DNA from: Raillietiella orientalis
Lineage: Eukaryota
Direction of reading: 5' to 3'
DNA length: 64,000 bases
Assembly (NCBI GenBank): GCA_036172245.1
Contig: JAYWIR010000011.1
Span: forward strand, 1,736,001-1,800,000
Position 1 is the stretch's first letter. Every line of letters begins with the position of its first letter. This document shows positions 49,920 to 62,155 of the stretch, one piece after another. The translations under genes were made by a program, and so were the position numbers. The notes beneath the pieces are model-generated. The model was not told the origin of the DNA. It did no database searches and was given only the letters and a program-made list of their open reading frames with translations.

Positions 49920-50448
49920 GAAGGGGGGAGGCTTGGCAAATCCGAGAGTACATCGTAGCGACGCACGCCAGCGCACCGCGTGACCAACAGCGATGGTGCT
50001 GTTTTTCCTCCTTAAAGGTCGCTGGCTGTTGTTGTTGTTTTTCCTCTTCTTCGTAGTGAGCTGAGGACGCCCCACGCATGCCGCAACTCGTGCCTTCCAC
50101 GACCTCGTGACAGATTTTGGTCCTGGACCCGGAATCCTGTCTCCGAATTATTCGCATCGATGCGGGTGTAGCTTGGGGCGTGTCCTCTCAAAGCGCCCCG
50201 TCGCCCTAAAAGGAGGCGGCAGAATGAGGAAGCACCATCTCTTGGCGTAATTTCGAATCCCGACGCGTCACTTCTGCTCTCCAAAGACATCGTTAGATCT
50301 TTTACATCTTTCCAGGCACTCGAAGCAGACTGCAGATCAGATTGCCTCAACCAGTCGTCGAGACCAAAGGAGCCTGCGTGCGCAATATCAGTTTTTTTCT
50401 TCTTCTTCTTCTCTCCTTTGTAAAATCTTTTACCTCTCCGTTTTCCAG

Positions 50449-50859
50449 GGTCCCCATGTTCCAGCAGGAGAGACGCAGACCCACTCGAATGTCGTGGATA
50501 TGGAGATGGTCAGCTTTCCGCCCATCCCGGAGCAGTCTGCAGAAATGGATCCCTCCCTCGCACGATCGGCGCTCTCCCCGGATGAGGTCACCAGCACTTT
50601 GCAAAGGGCGGGATGTTTGAGCTCCCGTACGTCCCTCCCCGAATGCGACTTGGCAGTCGCTTCCCCATCCCTTCCGAGACCCTATGTATCCGATGGGAGA
50701 ACGAGGCTCGCCTCCGTCGCCCGGGAAGGAAGCAAGGAGAGCCTCGAAATCACGAGATCCCAGATGCCGCCCACGGGAGCACGCCTGGGTCACTTCGAGG
50801 ACACGAAGAACTACTTGAACTCCCTTTCGACTACTTGGTTTCCCGCTTTCAAGGAATAA
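50449..50859 (+). CDS. Candidate terminal coding exon (low-complexity cytoplasmic-tail-like), possibly of the Side-like gene
   Basis: Long pyrimidine tract plus ttttccag|, then 136 open codons in phase 0 (GPHVPAGETQ...DEVTSTLQRAG...KNYLNSLSTTWFPAFKE*), AATAAA at 50863-50868 and an AT-rich 3' flank. The link to the upstream gene is inference from phase only. Confidence 0.45.
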   Translation, partial: GPHVPAGETQTHSNVVDMEMVSFPPIPEQSAEMDPSLARSALSPDEVTSTLQRAGCLSSRTSLPECDLAVASPSLPRPYVSDGRTRLASVAREGSKESLEITRSQMPPTGARLGHFEDTKNYLNSLSTTWFPAFKE

Positions 50860-50862
50860 GAA

Positions 50863-50868
50863 AATAAA
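50863..50868 (+). promoter_or_regulatory. Candidate polyadenylation signal AATAAA
   Basis: Starts 4 nt after the TAA of the candidate terminal exon. Confidence 0.35.
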
Positions 50869-50920
50869 GCGCAGTGTGATTTACGGGGATCGGGTCACCA
50901 GCACGGGGATTCGGCACACA

Positions 50921-51180
50921 GTTTATGTATTCATTCATTCATTTATTCAATCACTGATTTATTTACTTATTTATTCTCTGATTTATTTATTTATTCATTC
51001 ATTCATGTATTTACGTATTTATTCACTTATGGATTTATTTCTTTATTTATCGATTGATTCACTCATTTACTCATTTACTAATTTATTTATTCACGAATGC
51101 ATCGATTCATTAATTCCTTTATTTATTCGTTCATTCATTCATTGGTCCATTTATTTATTTATTTAATCATTTATTTATTG
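50921..51180. repeat. Degenerate (ATTC/ATTT)n tetranucleotide tract
   Basis: Seen directly. Confidence 0.9.
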
Positions 51181-53939
51181 TTGCTGCTTATTCAAAGATT
51201 TTGGTGAACTTGACCAGGTCTACTGGTTCCTCCTTGTCTCTGTCGCCATGGTTACCCCACCGACTCACCAATGTTCAGTCCCAACTTCTCGATCCCAATG
51301 CTTGCCGCCGTCGGTTTCTCGATCGATCAGATCGCTCGCTGACTCTGCGGGGGCACCAAAGTGGTCCTGGAAAGCGTCATCCGCCCCGATTGCGCCTCAT
51401 GTCGTTCGTGTCGCGCAATGTCCCAGTGTGCTGCCTCGGCGGATCACCGTGGCTGAGGGGCTTCGGAGGCTTGGAGGAAGGTCACTCCTCTTCTCTTGGG
51501 CGTTTCCTTTTCGCCGGTTCCAGCATCGTCCGTTTGATCTTCGGCACGTTTGAAGGCCGGGTGCGCTCCAGACCACCGAGCCGTCTTTTGAAGCTGAGCG
51601 CTTGCGCTTCTCGCGACGTCAGCGGAGCTTCCGCGAGATCCGAGCGAATCCTTGCAGCCCACCTTCCTTCTCGCTTGTGTCCAGCCATCTGTGCGCAGCC
51701 CGGGTGGGCAGAGTCACCCCTCCCGTGCGGCTGACCCATTCCTGACGCAAACGGGAGCCTCTCGCTTCTCAAACCGAGTCGTCTCTGTTTAGCCACATGG
51801 TCACGTGACTCTCGTTCGGCCGTGAGCGCCTCGCGGCAAGGCGTTCCGGTTGAAAACGGTCAGGTCTCTTCTGCGCTCGTGTCCTGGGATGCGTGTGAGG
51901 ACATGTGGACTACCCGAAAAAGAATTCTTCTTTGCGATCGAAACGCGATGGCATTGCAGAAGCTTCTACGCCATTTTGGCTTTTCCGCCATTTTGGTTGC
52001 TTCATCTTTGGGAGGCTCAGGCCGTCAATGGGAACCGGTAGATCCCAGAGTTCGGGATTTTCATGACGCTTTGGGGTACTCTTCCACCATTTTTAACACT
52101 CGTCCGGTCCATCATTGACGCAGTGCTCGGAAGCCTTTAGGATGCCGTGAGCGTTCCAAGCGTGCCTTGCTAGAGAACGTACTGCGCATTCTTCTAAAAT
52201 ACAGAAGCTGCTAGTTGTCTCTGCTGCTGCAGCAGATTCCATCCACCTGCATCCTCTAGTTGATGATCCAGACAGCGTGTCCACTGTCTAGGGGTTGTCG
52301 GTTGGATACCAGAGGGCTGCAGAGAGCTCTTCTCATCCCAACAGAAAAACATCACCCTCTAGCAAGAGTTTGCGAGATCCAAGGAGCTGTCCGTAAAGAT
52401 TTTGAGGAGCACCAGTTCTTGCATCAAAAGTCCTCGTGGGTCATCATGCCTCAGATCCTCCAGACTCGGAGTGGCTACGTCGGGTAGCCGACCTGCCAAC
52501 CACCTTCCCAGTTGTTCTGGTCGCCTCCACACCCCTCCAGAAGCTGAACAGCGGTCAGACTGCTTTTAAGAAGCAGAGATGGCCATCGGCCCCTTCTTCG
52601 ACGGGAAGTTCGTCTCGCCACAACGGGCTGACATTTCGCATGCTTCTGATGCCCCTCCCCTCCTCCTCCTCCCTTTGCTTTTTTTTTTTGTTTGATCGCC
52701 CCCCCCCCCTACTCGGCCAGACTCCGCAGGCTTAAAGCCCCACTGAGGAACGCCCTTCGCAGACATGCGAGGTCCAGCATCTGCCTCAAAGACTTACCGG
52801 CGCCGGAGGGAGTCGTGCGGCTGGGACGGTCGCGCGCGATGGGCCTGCGCGCCAAACCGTGGACTTGCGCGCGGACTGCGCCCGCACGTCCTTCGGCGAT
52901 GCTTCGGCAGCGAAGGATGACGACTTCCGCTGCTACCTCGCCCCCGTCACAAGATGCCGAAATTTGGCTCCCTCTCCCCCTTCCCCGAGGCAACTCGCCT
53001 CCCTTCCGGAAGCGCATTCGTGGTTCTCCTGCCTCACGAAGAGCCCGAATGCCCGGTGCCAGGAAGCCGTCCGTCCCGGGCTGCCTCCCAACGAAGGCCT
53101 TCTCGGAAACTTCGTCTCCTGCGACGCTTCCCCAGCCGTCCTTCGGGGGAGAGCTGCTGCAGGACCTGAAGGAGTCGAGGCCGCCACACCTCTCGCCGCA
53201 GCGCGGTCCGCCCTCAGGGCAAGAGGCGACCCGGCGGGCCGGGAGTGGCTCTTGCAGGAGCGGCCGCCGCCTCCGCTCCTGCATGTCCAGGCGGAGGGAC
53301 TCCCTCGAGGGAGCGAACTACTCGGCGTCGCCCCCGAGAAAAAACTCGCGGTCTCTCCCCAACGTCTGAACACTTCCGTATTCCCTGTGACCTGGAAACA
53401 GGACGCGCTGCCATCTCTGTGCTGGGGGCTCCAGTGCGACCAGCGCCCGTGCCTCGCTTTCCTGAGAGCCGCATCCTCGACCTGTACCTGGAGCGGGTCG
53501 CCGTGCCATGGAGACGTAGGTCAGTGTAGGTCACCTGCATGGTAACCGTGGTAACTGCGGGGGTGTATTTAATGATTCGATTTAATGAAATTGGGAAGAT
53601 GAGTAGTGTGGTAGTTTGCCTGCACGAGGGCGGCAGCGAGGTGACCTCGCCAGGTGGAGGAAGCCAAGTCAGAGATCGCCGACATTAGGCTCCGGTACTG
53701 AGCAGAAAGCAGCTGCTGGTCTATCCCCACTCTCGCTTTATTCATTTCTTTATTTTCCCTTCCCACCCTTTCCGGACTTTGAGAGTGGCTGACCTGCGTG
53801 TCGGTGGACCTTTTCTTGCTTTGGGGACCGCTGTTTCCGTACTGTTTGCTCTATCGAATAAACGCCCCGTCGTGACCAGGTGATCAGGGGTTAGCATGTA
53901 GCCAAAGCACTTAGCATTCTGGATTCTGCACCGTGTCCA

Positions 53940-55835
53940 TGGCAAGCAAAAAAATGGACTTTCAGCGAAAATCTTCTGTTTTCCAAGTCGATGCATCACC
54001 AAAGACGCGGAATCCTCAGGAAGACCACACCCGATTGGGTGTGGTCTTCCTCAGTCCCAGCATCGAAAAGCACATCAAGAAGTGCTTAAGCCCGCCCGGT
54101 AGAGAAGCCAGTAAATGTCTTCCGTGCGCCGATCCGGGCGAGAGGTTACCTACGCCTTCCAGACCTGCCAGTGGAAGCTGATCGGCCTGATCGCTGGCCG
54201 CTGTTTCAAGCTGCTGATGTCGCCGCATCTAGCGGTGGAGAATTCAGTCAGTGATGCCCTGAAAGTTGCAGTGGAAAGGGAAATTCGAACTTCCCTCTTG
54301 GATGGCATTCGGCAAATCGCATGAGCCTTCGTTCCTGCCAGCGGTGATGGGATTCCTGAGTTCCAGGGAATGGAATTCGGCCTCCAGACGCCGAAAGGCA
54401 GTCTGAACTCTCGACGATGGAGTGCCTGGGATATCCGCCGGTGGACTTGCAGTCTCACCTGCGTGGCATCCACCAAAAGGATGCATGGGTTTCCTCGGTG
54501 GAGGAACGTCCTGATCAGGATGTGCAAGTGGGCGTTCCTTGTCAGCGCCTTGCTTCCAGCCGCCTTCCTTCTGACGCTGACGACATACGGGTCGCGGCTT
54601 GCCGCGTCGTCGACATGCACCTCGACTGGACCCACGGCCTGTGGCAGCCGCCCCCATTCTCCAAGCGGTGCTGATCGCAGGCGCAGAATACATTTTCTTT
54701 CGCAAGGATTCCCTCCCGACATGTTGTTCGGAAAGGTCGGAAGTTCTTCGGGGAGCACCCTCATTGGAGCTCCTTGCGCGCCGCCTCCGCAGCATCTTTC
54801 ACTGCAGACTGCAGCTTCGGAGGGTGGCTACGCTGACTAGGAAGAACAGCTGGATATCGTGCCATCCCGCGAACGGTGTTGCCTGGTTGCAGAAAACCGT
54901 TCGCACGCGGGCGCAGCACAACAAGCTTTGCCCGGAGCAGACACAGTGTTTGCTGTACTGTTTTTACACCAACTGCTCGCTACGGGAGATCCTGGAACAT
55001 CCCATAAAGAGTGCTTGGGCAGAAAGAACCTCCGTCGTCGCAGCGCTGCCCTCTCTGAGGGAACATATGGGCAGCAGCCTTGAGTCTAGATGGGAGGCTA
55101 GTGTGAACATCTCCGGAAGGAGAAAAGGACTGGGCGAGTGGACGACGGGCCAGTTCACCGACGCTGCGACCCTGAATGTCCCGCCTCGAGGACTTTTGCG
55201 CTGGGGCGAGCTTCTGGGAATCCCTGAGGAAGACCTGGAGTGGCCTTTAGTGCTTCTGGACAGACAAACCCTCCCATTAAAGTGGCAGGAGTCGGTGTTG
55301 ATGCTGCTGCACTGGGACCTCCCGTGCAACACCCACTAGCATCACTGGACACGGGATGTGTATGGACCAAAACTGTGCCAGGTGCGGGGAGCAGGAATTC
55401 CTCCTGCACCTGCTAGTGTGAGCTGTGATGCCCTCCAGCACCTCTGGGAACGCTTCTCTGCGACTCTTAGAACCTTCGACGGCAATCCCAGGGAAGCTAT
55501 AAAACTCTTCTTTATGTGGAACGCCCTGCAGCCCTTGCAGCACTTTGCTACCTCCGCAGGACCGTGGCAGCGTGGAGCGACGCCAACGGAGGGAGGAACG
55601 ATAGGAACGCCGTCCACTTCGCTCTTCGTTTTCTACGGATAGCGGTCAGATGGTCCACCTCGACGTCTATATCAAGCAAGACCTTGCAGGCACCCTCCAA
55701 AGGATGCAGAGAACCGTCCCTAGCAGATTGTCATCCCTTTCCGTACCCCACTCACCCACTCCCCCAAAAAAAGAATTGCTTCATTGTTATTTTGTTTGTT
55801 TTTTTCTTTTTTTTGGCCCCTCCCCTCTGCTGACC
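53940..55835 (+). mobile_element. Decayed Tx1/L1-like LINE ORF2 C-terminal half
   Basis: RLGVVF, VEREIR, CLGYP.DL (cf. GGLG), and LRWGELLGIPEEDLEW...LPLKWQE, which is clearly paralogous to 56500-56600; same C-rich/T-rich tail. Confidence 0.65.
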
Positions 55836-56229
55836 TGATGGACCTCACCGGTCTGCGAACCGTTTAAATGGCAGGGTATACACGAAAAGGACGTGGTTGA
55901 ACTGGTGGTCCAACCACACAAATTGTAGGTGTTTATTTTATCTTTAAATAAATGCATCGGCGTACCCAGGTGAAAATTTTCGGCATCCTGCGAGCAGCCA
56001 TACACATCCAACAGTTGTCGGTCGAGAATCCATCGTCACGATGAGTCGGTCAGCAAACGAAGACTCTCAAGGAGAAATCAGGAACTGATTGCTTCCGACC
56101 AACCCACCCCGATCAACGGATTCCGGTCTTTTAAAGTCCAGACGCAGTTCCAGAAGGCGATGAATAAAATGGATAAATAGAAAATAAATAAAATGAAAAA
56201 TAAAGTACGATAATAATCGCGCTTTATTT

Positions 56230-57140
56230 TTCAGCGAGGTGGACTTCTGCCTTCGTCGAGGCAGGAACGCTGGCCAGCCCCTGCGGGAGATCGTATCCCA
56301 CCCACAAAAGCTTTTGTGGGCCTCATTCATCCCCCTTGCCCCCGTGCTGCCCTCCCTTATGGAAGCCAGGGACAGCCAAGAGGAGACTTCGTATGAAGTG
56401 TCCTGCCTCATCGGGGACAGGAAAAAACTAATGAAGGCGTGGACGTCTCGGGAACTAGCGGACGCTACAACCCCGAGTGTCCCGCCAAATGGAATTGTGC
56501 GCTGGGGCGAGCTGCTCGGCATGCCTCCGGAGGAGGTGAAGTGGACCCCGGCGTATTGGGACAGTGGCACCCTCCCTTTGGATTGGCAGGAGACGGCGCT
56601 GCTTGTGCTCCCTTGGGGACTTTTAAGCAGAGCACGCCTGTCTCACTGGACATTGGGGAGATTGGATGCCCATTGTACAGAGTGAGGGGAAAGGGAGACC
56701 TTCCCCCACTTACTAATCGAATGTGTTGCCCTCCGCCGCACGTGGGATCGACTCTCGTCGGCCATAAATGTAGCGGTGGGCGACCCTAAAAACATTTTTC
56801 GTCTCCTCCTGATGCGGAACTCCCTGCCAGGTGCCGCGTGTGTTGCAGTTCTCTGCTGCACACGGGGAATATTGGACAAGTGGAACGCGTCGATAAGAGG
56901 CCGCAGTAGTCGGAATGCCATCCACTGGGCGGTCATCTCCATGGAGAAGGCTTCCCGTTGGCGCCGGCTGAGTAACATTCTGCCAGCACTTGTTCGCATC
57001 CGGAACCAGATGCAGAGGCCTCCCCTGGGCGAACAGTGATCCCTTCCCTTCCCTCCCTCCCCATAAACATTGTCCCCCAAGCGTTTTTACTTTTTGTGTG
57101 TTTTTTTTTTTTTTTCTCTCTTTTTCCCGTCCCCTTCGCC
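56230..57140 (+). mobile_element. 5'-truncated Tx1/L1-like LINE 3' end (zf-RVT region)
   Basis: One frame from 56239 to 57039 with a single internal TGA in C-T-E-*-GERETFPHLLIEC (CX2CX7HX4C), followed by a C-rich/T-rich 3' tail. Confidence 0.75.
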
Positions 57141-57729
57141 AGTGGAGAAGGCCTTACCGGCACTCAAGTCGGAAAGGACAAGTGCATAAGAAATAAGAAC
57201 AATGTGTTCTGACAAGAAAACAAATACAATTAATTAATAATTGACAGCGATTAATAATTGTAAAAATGTTTTTTAATAATAAAAGCCCCGGCTTACTCGG
57301 GTGAAAGATTATCGTACTTTATTCGTTTGTTGTTTTCCGTCGGTGGCAGAGTTGCCCTGACAATCTTCGAGGGCTGCTCGGGCCGGCCTGCTGGCCTTCC
57401 TCCGCAGCGGTCGTTGCCTCCATCGTCGTCGCTCCTAAAAGGCATCTCCTCCTCTATGCCCAGCTCCCCTTTTCTCACCCTCGGCTCTTCTGCCCCAGCT
57501 GCGAGTGGAGTCCGCCCAGAAGTCAGATCCTCTCCTCCTTCTTGTTCCTCCGTTCTGCTCTTCAGGACGAGTTCGTCTTCGGCCTCGGAAGCTCATTCTC
57601 ACGTCCCAGGAGACAGGAGAGTGTGGAGCAGCTCTCGTCTCCTGGAATGAGAATTCGACAGCCAAAGGTTGCCCGCCTCCGGAGAAAAACACACCGAAAA
57701 CTGGGCGCAACCAAACGCTTCCCACTGAT

Positions 57730-58032
57730 CTTTCGGAAGTCCGCCCATGATTTCCCAGGTGTGCCGTAGTGGGATCTACGATTCTGCCATTAAAAAATGC
57801 ACCGGCAGACAACATTTTTTTTCTTTTCTTCATTCTATTTTCCTTAAGTACTCTTTAAAGTGTTTACTACCGATAAGCTGCGTCTTCTTAGTCAGAAGAG
57901 CCATGACTCTTCCAGCAGCACAGGGATTTGCATTTCCTTTGCTGCCTTAGGCAAATGGACTTCCTTCAGAGTTCACATGGAACTGTCATAGAGTCGCCAT
58001 GCATGTTCTTCTTTTGGCGAACGGAGAATGCC
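57730..58032 (-). repeat. Diverged repeat, inverted relative to 63539-63830
   Basis: Shared blocks such as ttagtcagaagagccatgactcttccagcagcacag; the ORF track shows parallel peptides (MISQVCRSGIYDSAIKKCT vs MISKVCCSGIYESAIRKCT). Confidence 0.85.
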
Positions 58033-58639
58033 AACACGAGACCAATCATACGGTTCACCCGAATCTGGGAGCTCCTTCCAGTCTCAGTTTCCGGTGGACG
58101 CCCGCGCTACACCGGGAATTCCTTTTCTTCTTACCTCATGAGTCTGGCAAATCCCCAGCATACCCTCCCCAGCACGGCGGGAGATGAATTCTCTCCCTCG
58201 CGGGAACTCCTCCTCCTTTCGGATTCACCTTGTTGAGAATCCCGGTGTTCCCACTCGTCTCGGCACTTTTCCTGCGCTGCAGTTCCGGATGCCCGTATGG
58301 TCTTGGCCACCGTTCGCCACGATTCGCCTCTGGGGGACCTGGAGAAGCGTTTCAGCTTGCACAGGCGCTCAGGCACGCTTCCTCCAGGATTCGAATCAGA
58401 CTGTTCCGGTGGGGATGGTTGTCCGGATACGTACAGTCATCACCGTTTCGTTTTTTCCAAGCGTCCTCTTGTTGGGAAGGAACTTTCCTCGACGATCGAC
58501 AATCTCTTCTTTCTGGGTTCATTCCCGGGTTAGCAAAGGAGCATGGATTTTCCTGGAATGCCCAGAGGATATTCCTAAATCCGACGCGTCCATCCTTTCT
58601 CGAACCCGTCACCGCCCACCCCGCCATCTTTCTGGAACA

Positions 58640-58880
58640 CCGCAGCCTCCCTCCCTGCAACCATATACACCGTATCTCACTCGCAGAGAGGAGGCCGAGG
58701 GCGCGTACCCACACATAACAGGAGAGGGCGTTTCTGGAATGCTCCAAAGGCTGCAGCACGGTTGCAAAACGCATCCCGGGAAGCGCTGCCACCTCCTCGG
58801 CCTCTTTGGTGACCGTCCTCTTCCATGCCCTTCCATTCTGCTCATTTCCAGGACGGAAGAAGAATGCGACTGCCCTCCGA
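58640..58880 (+). mobile_element. Possible decayed LINE ORF1 (gag-like Zn-knuckle region)
   Basis: LQPYTP...LQRLQHGCKTHPGKRC resembles the PYxP...CQxxGHxxxxC pattern; several ligands are missing. Confidence 0.3.
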
Positions 58881-59299
58881 GGCAGCCCGTTCCGCTCGCA
58901 ACCACCACAGCCCTTGGGCGAGGTTCGCCGGAATCGCCACAATCTGCAGGTGAGAACGAAGAGGATCCTCAGGACAGTTGCGGCCGGACTAGGAGTGACC
59001 CGGAGAACTCCCCATTCCCACCGAACGCCTTATTTATTCACTTGCTGACCCCCTCATCATCATCCCCTAATCCCTCCCTATTCATCCCCCCCCTCCAGGA
59101 GCAGATTCGAACCCTCCCGCTGGAAGTTTTGCGGGAGTCCAACCCTTTCGTATTGTCCCTTTATTCTATTTATTTTAGACGAAGGTCCGGTGTGCTGGAA
59201 TAAGGTGGATGTGAGGTGGCTGTGAGGTGGCTTCCACGAAGTCTGTGACCGTTCCAATCTAAAATACGTCCCCCTGTCTGCCTTCTGGATGCAACTGCA

Positions 59300-59490
59300 C
59301 TCTCCACTGCTCTCCACCTCTCTCCACCGTTTGCTAACGCTCTCTACTGATCTCTACCGCTCTCTACTACTCTTTACTTCATGCTACCGCTCTCTATCGC
59401 TCTCTACTGCTTTCCACTGCTCTGTGCCGCTTTCCATCACTCGCAATCTCTTTCTATCGCTCTCTGCCGCTTTATACCACTCTCTACTGC
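59300..59490. repeat. Degenerate ~10-bp pyrimidine-rich minisatellite (ctctctacYg)
   Basis: Repeated ctctcYacYgct units. Confidence 0.8.
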
Positions 59491-61194
59491 AGCCATGTTG
59501 TCCGACCCCTGATGGATGGGTTCTGAGAACCCCAGCAAATCCCAGGCCACGCTCCCGATGGCCTCTCGATCAAAGATGGTAGGGTCGAATCTCGGCCGAA
59601 ATCTCCTTTTGTCCTGGCCCAGGACCACAGCTGCAAATCGCAGCCGCTTCCTCCGCTATTCCGGTGCTCGAATTCCGCCGAACGGCAAGGCCGCAGCCAC
59701 GAGGCGGAAGGTGTCCGTGTCCCAGCTGGGTGACTCGCGTGCGCGCGCCCTCTTCTTCCCTGCGGCAGGCTTGCTGGCTGCATGATGCTGCTCGCTCGGC
59801 ACGTCTTCCTCATTGTTTATTCTTCAGGCTCGCTTATTCGTGGCCCCTCGGTTTCGAACTGGGTGATGGGGACCTGAGAGGGGGAGCACTCTCTCGGGAG
59901 GCTCTTCCTTTCGCTCGTCCGCCCTTGCATCCCGTTAGAGGTCACCGCCGCCGCCTCATTGGGACGTTTCTCTTCCTCCTATGAAAACTTCCTTCCGGAT
60001 GGGGACTGGCTTGGAGCTTCCTTCGACGGCGAGCCGGTGGTCTCCTTAGCGCCGCGCCAGCGGTGGGGCGCTGTCGTCGCCATGGTGCTGGAATCCCTGG
60101 CTGCTGTTCCGAGGATGGCATTGGCAACTGCTGCTAGCGTCCGTCCGACGCGGCTATCACAAAAGCGCCAACTGGAGGGAGGAGGGGGGAGATAAAAGAA
60201 GTTTGATGCCTCCTCTGATGAAAGGGGCGGGAGAACGAGATGGAGGGAACGCGATGCCATGAATAAAAGATGGTAATGAATGCACTGATGGGAACGGGGT
60301 GTGGGGGAGGGGGAGCAGGGGGGTCGGGAATCGAACTGTCCCGAATTGCCTCAAGCAGCCTGGGATCACGCGCTCCTCCAAGTGATTAATCAGGGAACAA
60401 AAGGTCCAACTAATCTTCGCCCCTGTGGAGGCAGCACGGTGCGTGATGAACGGCCTGGTAATCAAGGATGATGCGATTTGCATCTCCGACCATCGAGCCG
60501 AGAAGAGACTCAAGGAGGGGAGGGGAGCAGCAGCCCTTTGGGACCCTGGCCGGACGCGAGCAGGCAGTGCGAGGAGCGCAAGCTGCCGTCGGTTCCTTCT
60601 GGAAAGCGCTCGCTGCGTGAGTTCCCGAAGGAAGGCCATCGGGACGGGCGGCTACCGCGTCTAGGAAGAGTCGAGTCTTCTCTCCCTCTCCCTCTCTTTC
60701 CATGCCTGAGCGATTTTTTTTTTTTTTTTTGGCACACGTTATGCCGGAAGAGGGCTCGGAAGATAGAGGGAGGGGCAGGGGCATAGGAGCAAATCCCCCA
60801 AAAATATCCAAGAAAATCTGCTTCGTTCTTTCCTGAGCCTGAGCGAGTTGCGGAAGTCGCGCTCCCACCCGGTGCGGTTTCAGCGCCTCGGGGAACGGGC
60901 ATCCCGTCGAAGGGCTGCTGCCGCCACTAGCAGTACACGCCCAGAGAGCTCGGCCGCGGAGCTCTTCCCTTCCGGGTGCCGGGAGAGGTGCGGAGTGAAT
61001 TCGGTGGGGAGGAGCTGAGGGGGGATGAGATCCGGACACCCGGCTCCGGGAGCGGAGGACCACGGATCGCGAGGAGCTGGAGGCGGTCGCCCAGCACATC
61101 GCGGAAGGTAGCGGGCGCGCTCCGCCACGCAGCGGAGGGAAGCAGGCGAGCTCCACCATCTCCACTCTTCGCCTCCTAGTCCTCCCCAGGATCC

Positions 61195-61286
61195 TCTTGC
61201 GTCACGATCGACGACCCAGCCGGTGCGCTGCAGATTCAAATTCCGAGAGGTCATCAAAGGTAAACGCAGATGCTCATCCTACGTGC

Positions 61287-61339
<53 letters not shown>

Positions 61340-62155
61340 ATATGTGTGTGTGTGTGTGTACAAAAATAAATCAGTGTAAATCTGTGCATGTATACATATA
61401 CATCAAGACATATGATAAGCATATATGTTTATTTTTCATAATTCTTCGCATATATATGTATACAGTGGCATTTCGGTATTCGTTCCTAACCCTACTTCGT
61501 TCGGGAACCCATGACGAGTGCTGAACGAGTTCCTTCCTAGGATTCGTGGTATCATTTTTAGGACCATTTTAGGACCCGGGATTAACTCTTTAAGTGTACA
61601 GAAAGCACACAAAAAGAAAGGATTCGACAGGCACTCCATGGAAGTGTCGCGTGCCACCATGGACTAAAAGCGATTTCTTGTTTCATCACGATTATGGGGT
61701 GTCGTGTTCCGAGCATGCGCCGAGTGTCGAAACATTTTTTTTCCCGTCAAAATGTGACGAGTACCAAGTTTGAAGAGTTCCGATACCGTCGAGTACCGAC
61801 ATGCTGCTGAATATATATTATCAATACAGATTGATGTACATCAACATGTGATGGCCACACTCAAACGTGGAGGACTCATTGAAAGGACCGCAGTGGATGC
61901 TGCACATCAATGCGTTCGCCACAATCTTTCGCGTACACATCAATAATACAAGCAACCATTTATTCATCCTGTTGGTGAGATGCATGTCACCGAATGCCAA
62001 CGGATATATCCGTTTCGGTCATGCTGCTGCTCATAAGACGTGCGTTCCACACAACGAACAACCGTGCACGTGCAAATCCATCTGCACGTCAATCCGTGCA
62101 GAATGAGCACACGTGTGTTTCTTCCTCACGGTCATTCGGTACTTCGAGTCAGACC
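61195..62155. mobile_element. Third, chimeric copy of the AT-core MITE family
   Basis: Diverged left end (aaattccgagaggtcatcaaaggtaaacgc), (TA)n/(TG)n, ~350 bp of unrelated sequence (61461-61809), then a right half identical to the 15-kb copy. Confidence 0.55.
61291..61359. repeat. (TA)n plus (TG)n microsatellite
   Basis: Seen directly. Confidence 0.97.

Noticed and set aside
47980..49930. Target-site duplication around the inverted copy (gaaggg near both ends)
   Set aside because: Not flush with the boundaries, low complexity, and absent at copy A.
49990..50062. Hydrophobic stretch MVLFFLLKGRWLLLLFFLFFVVS as a TM exon
   Set aside because: Flanked by in-frame stops and explained by a T/C-rich tract; the better TM exon is at 27221.
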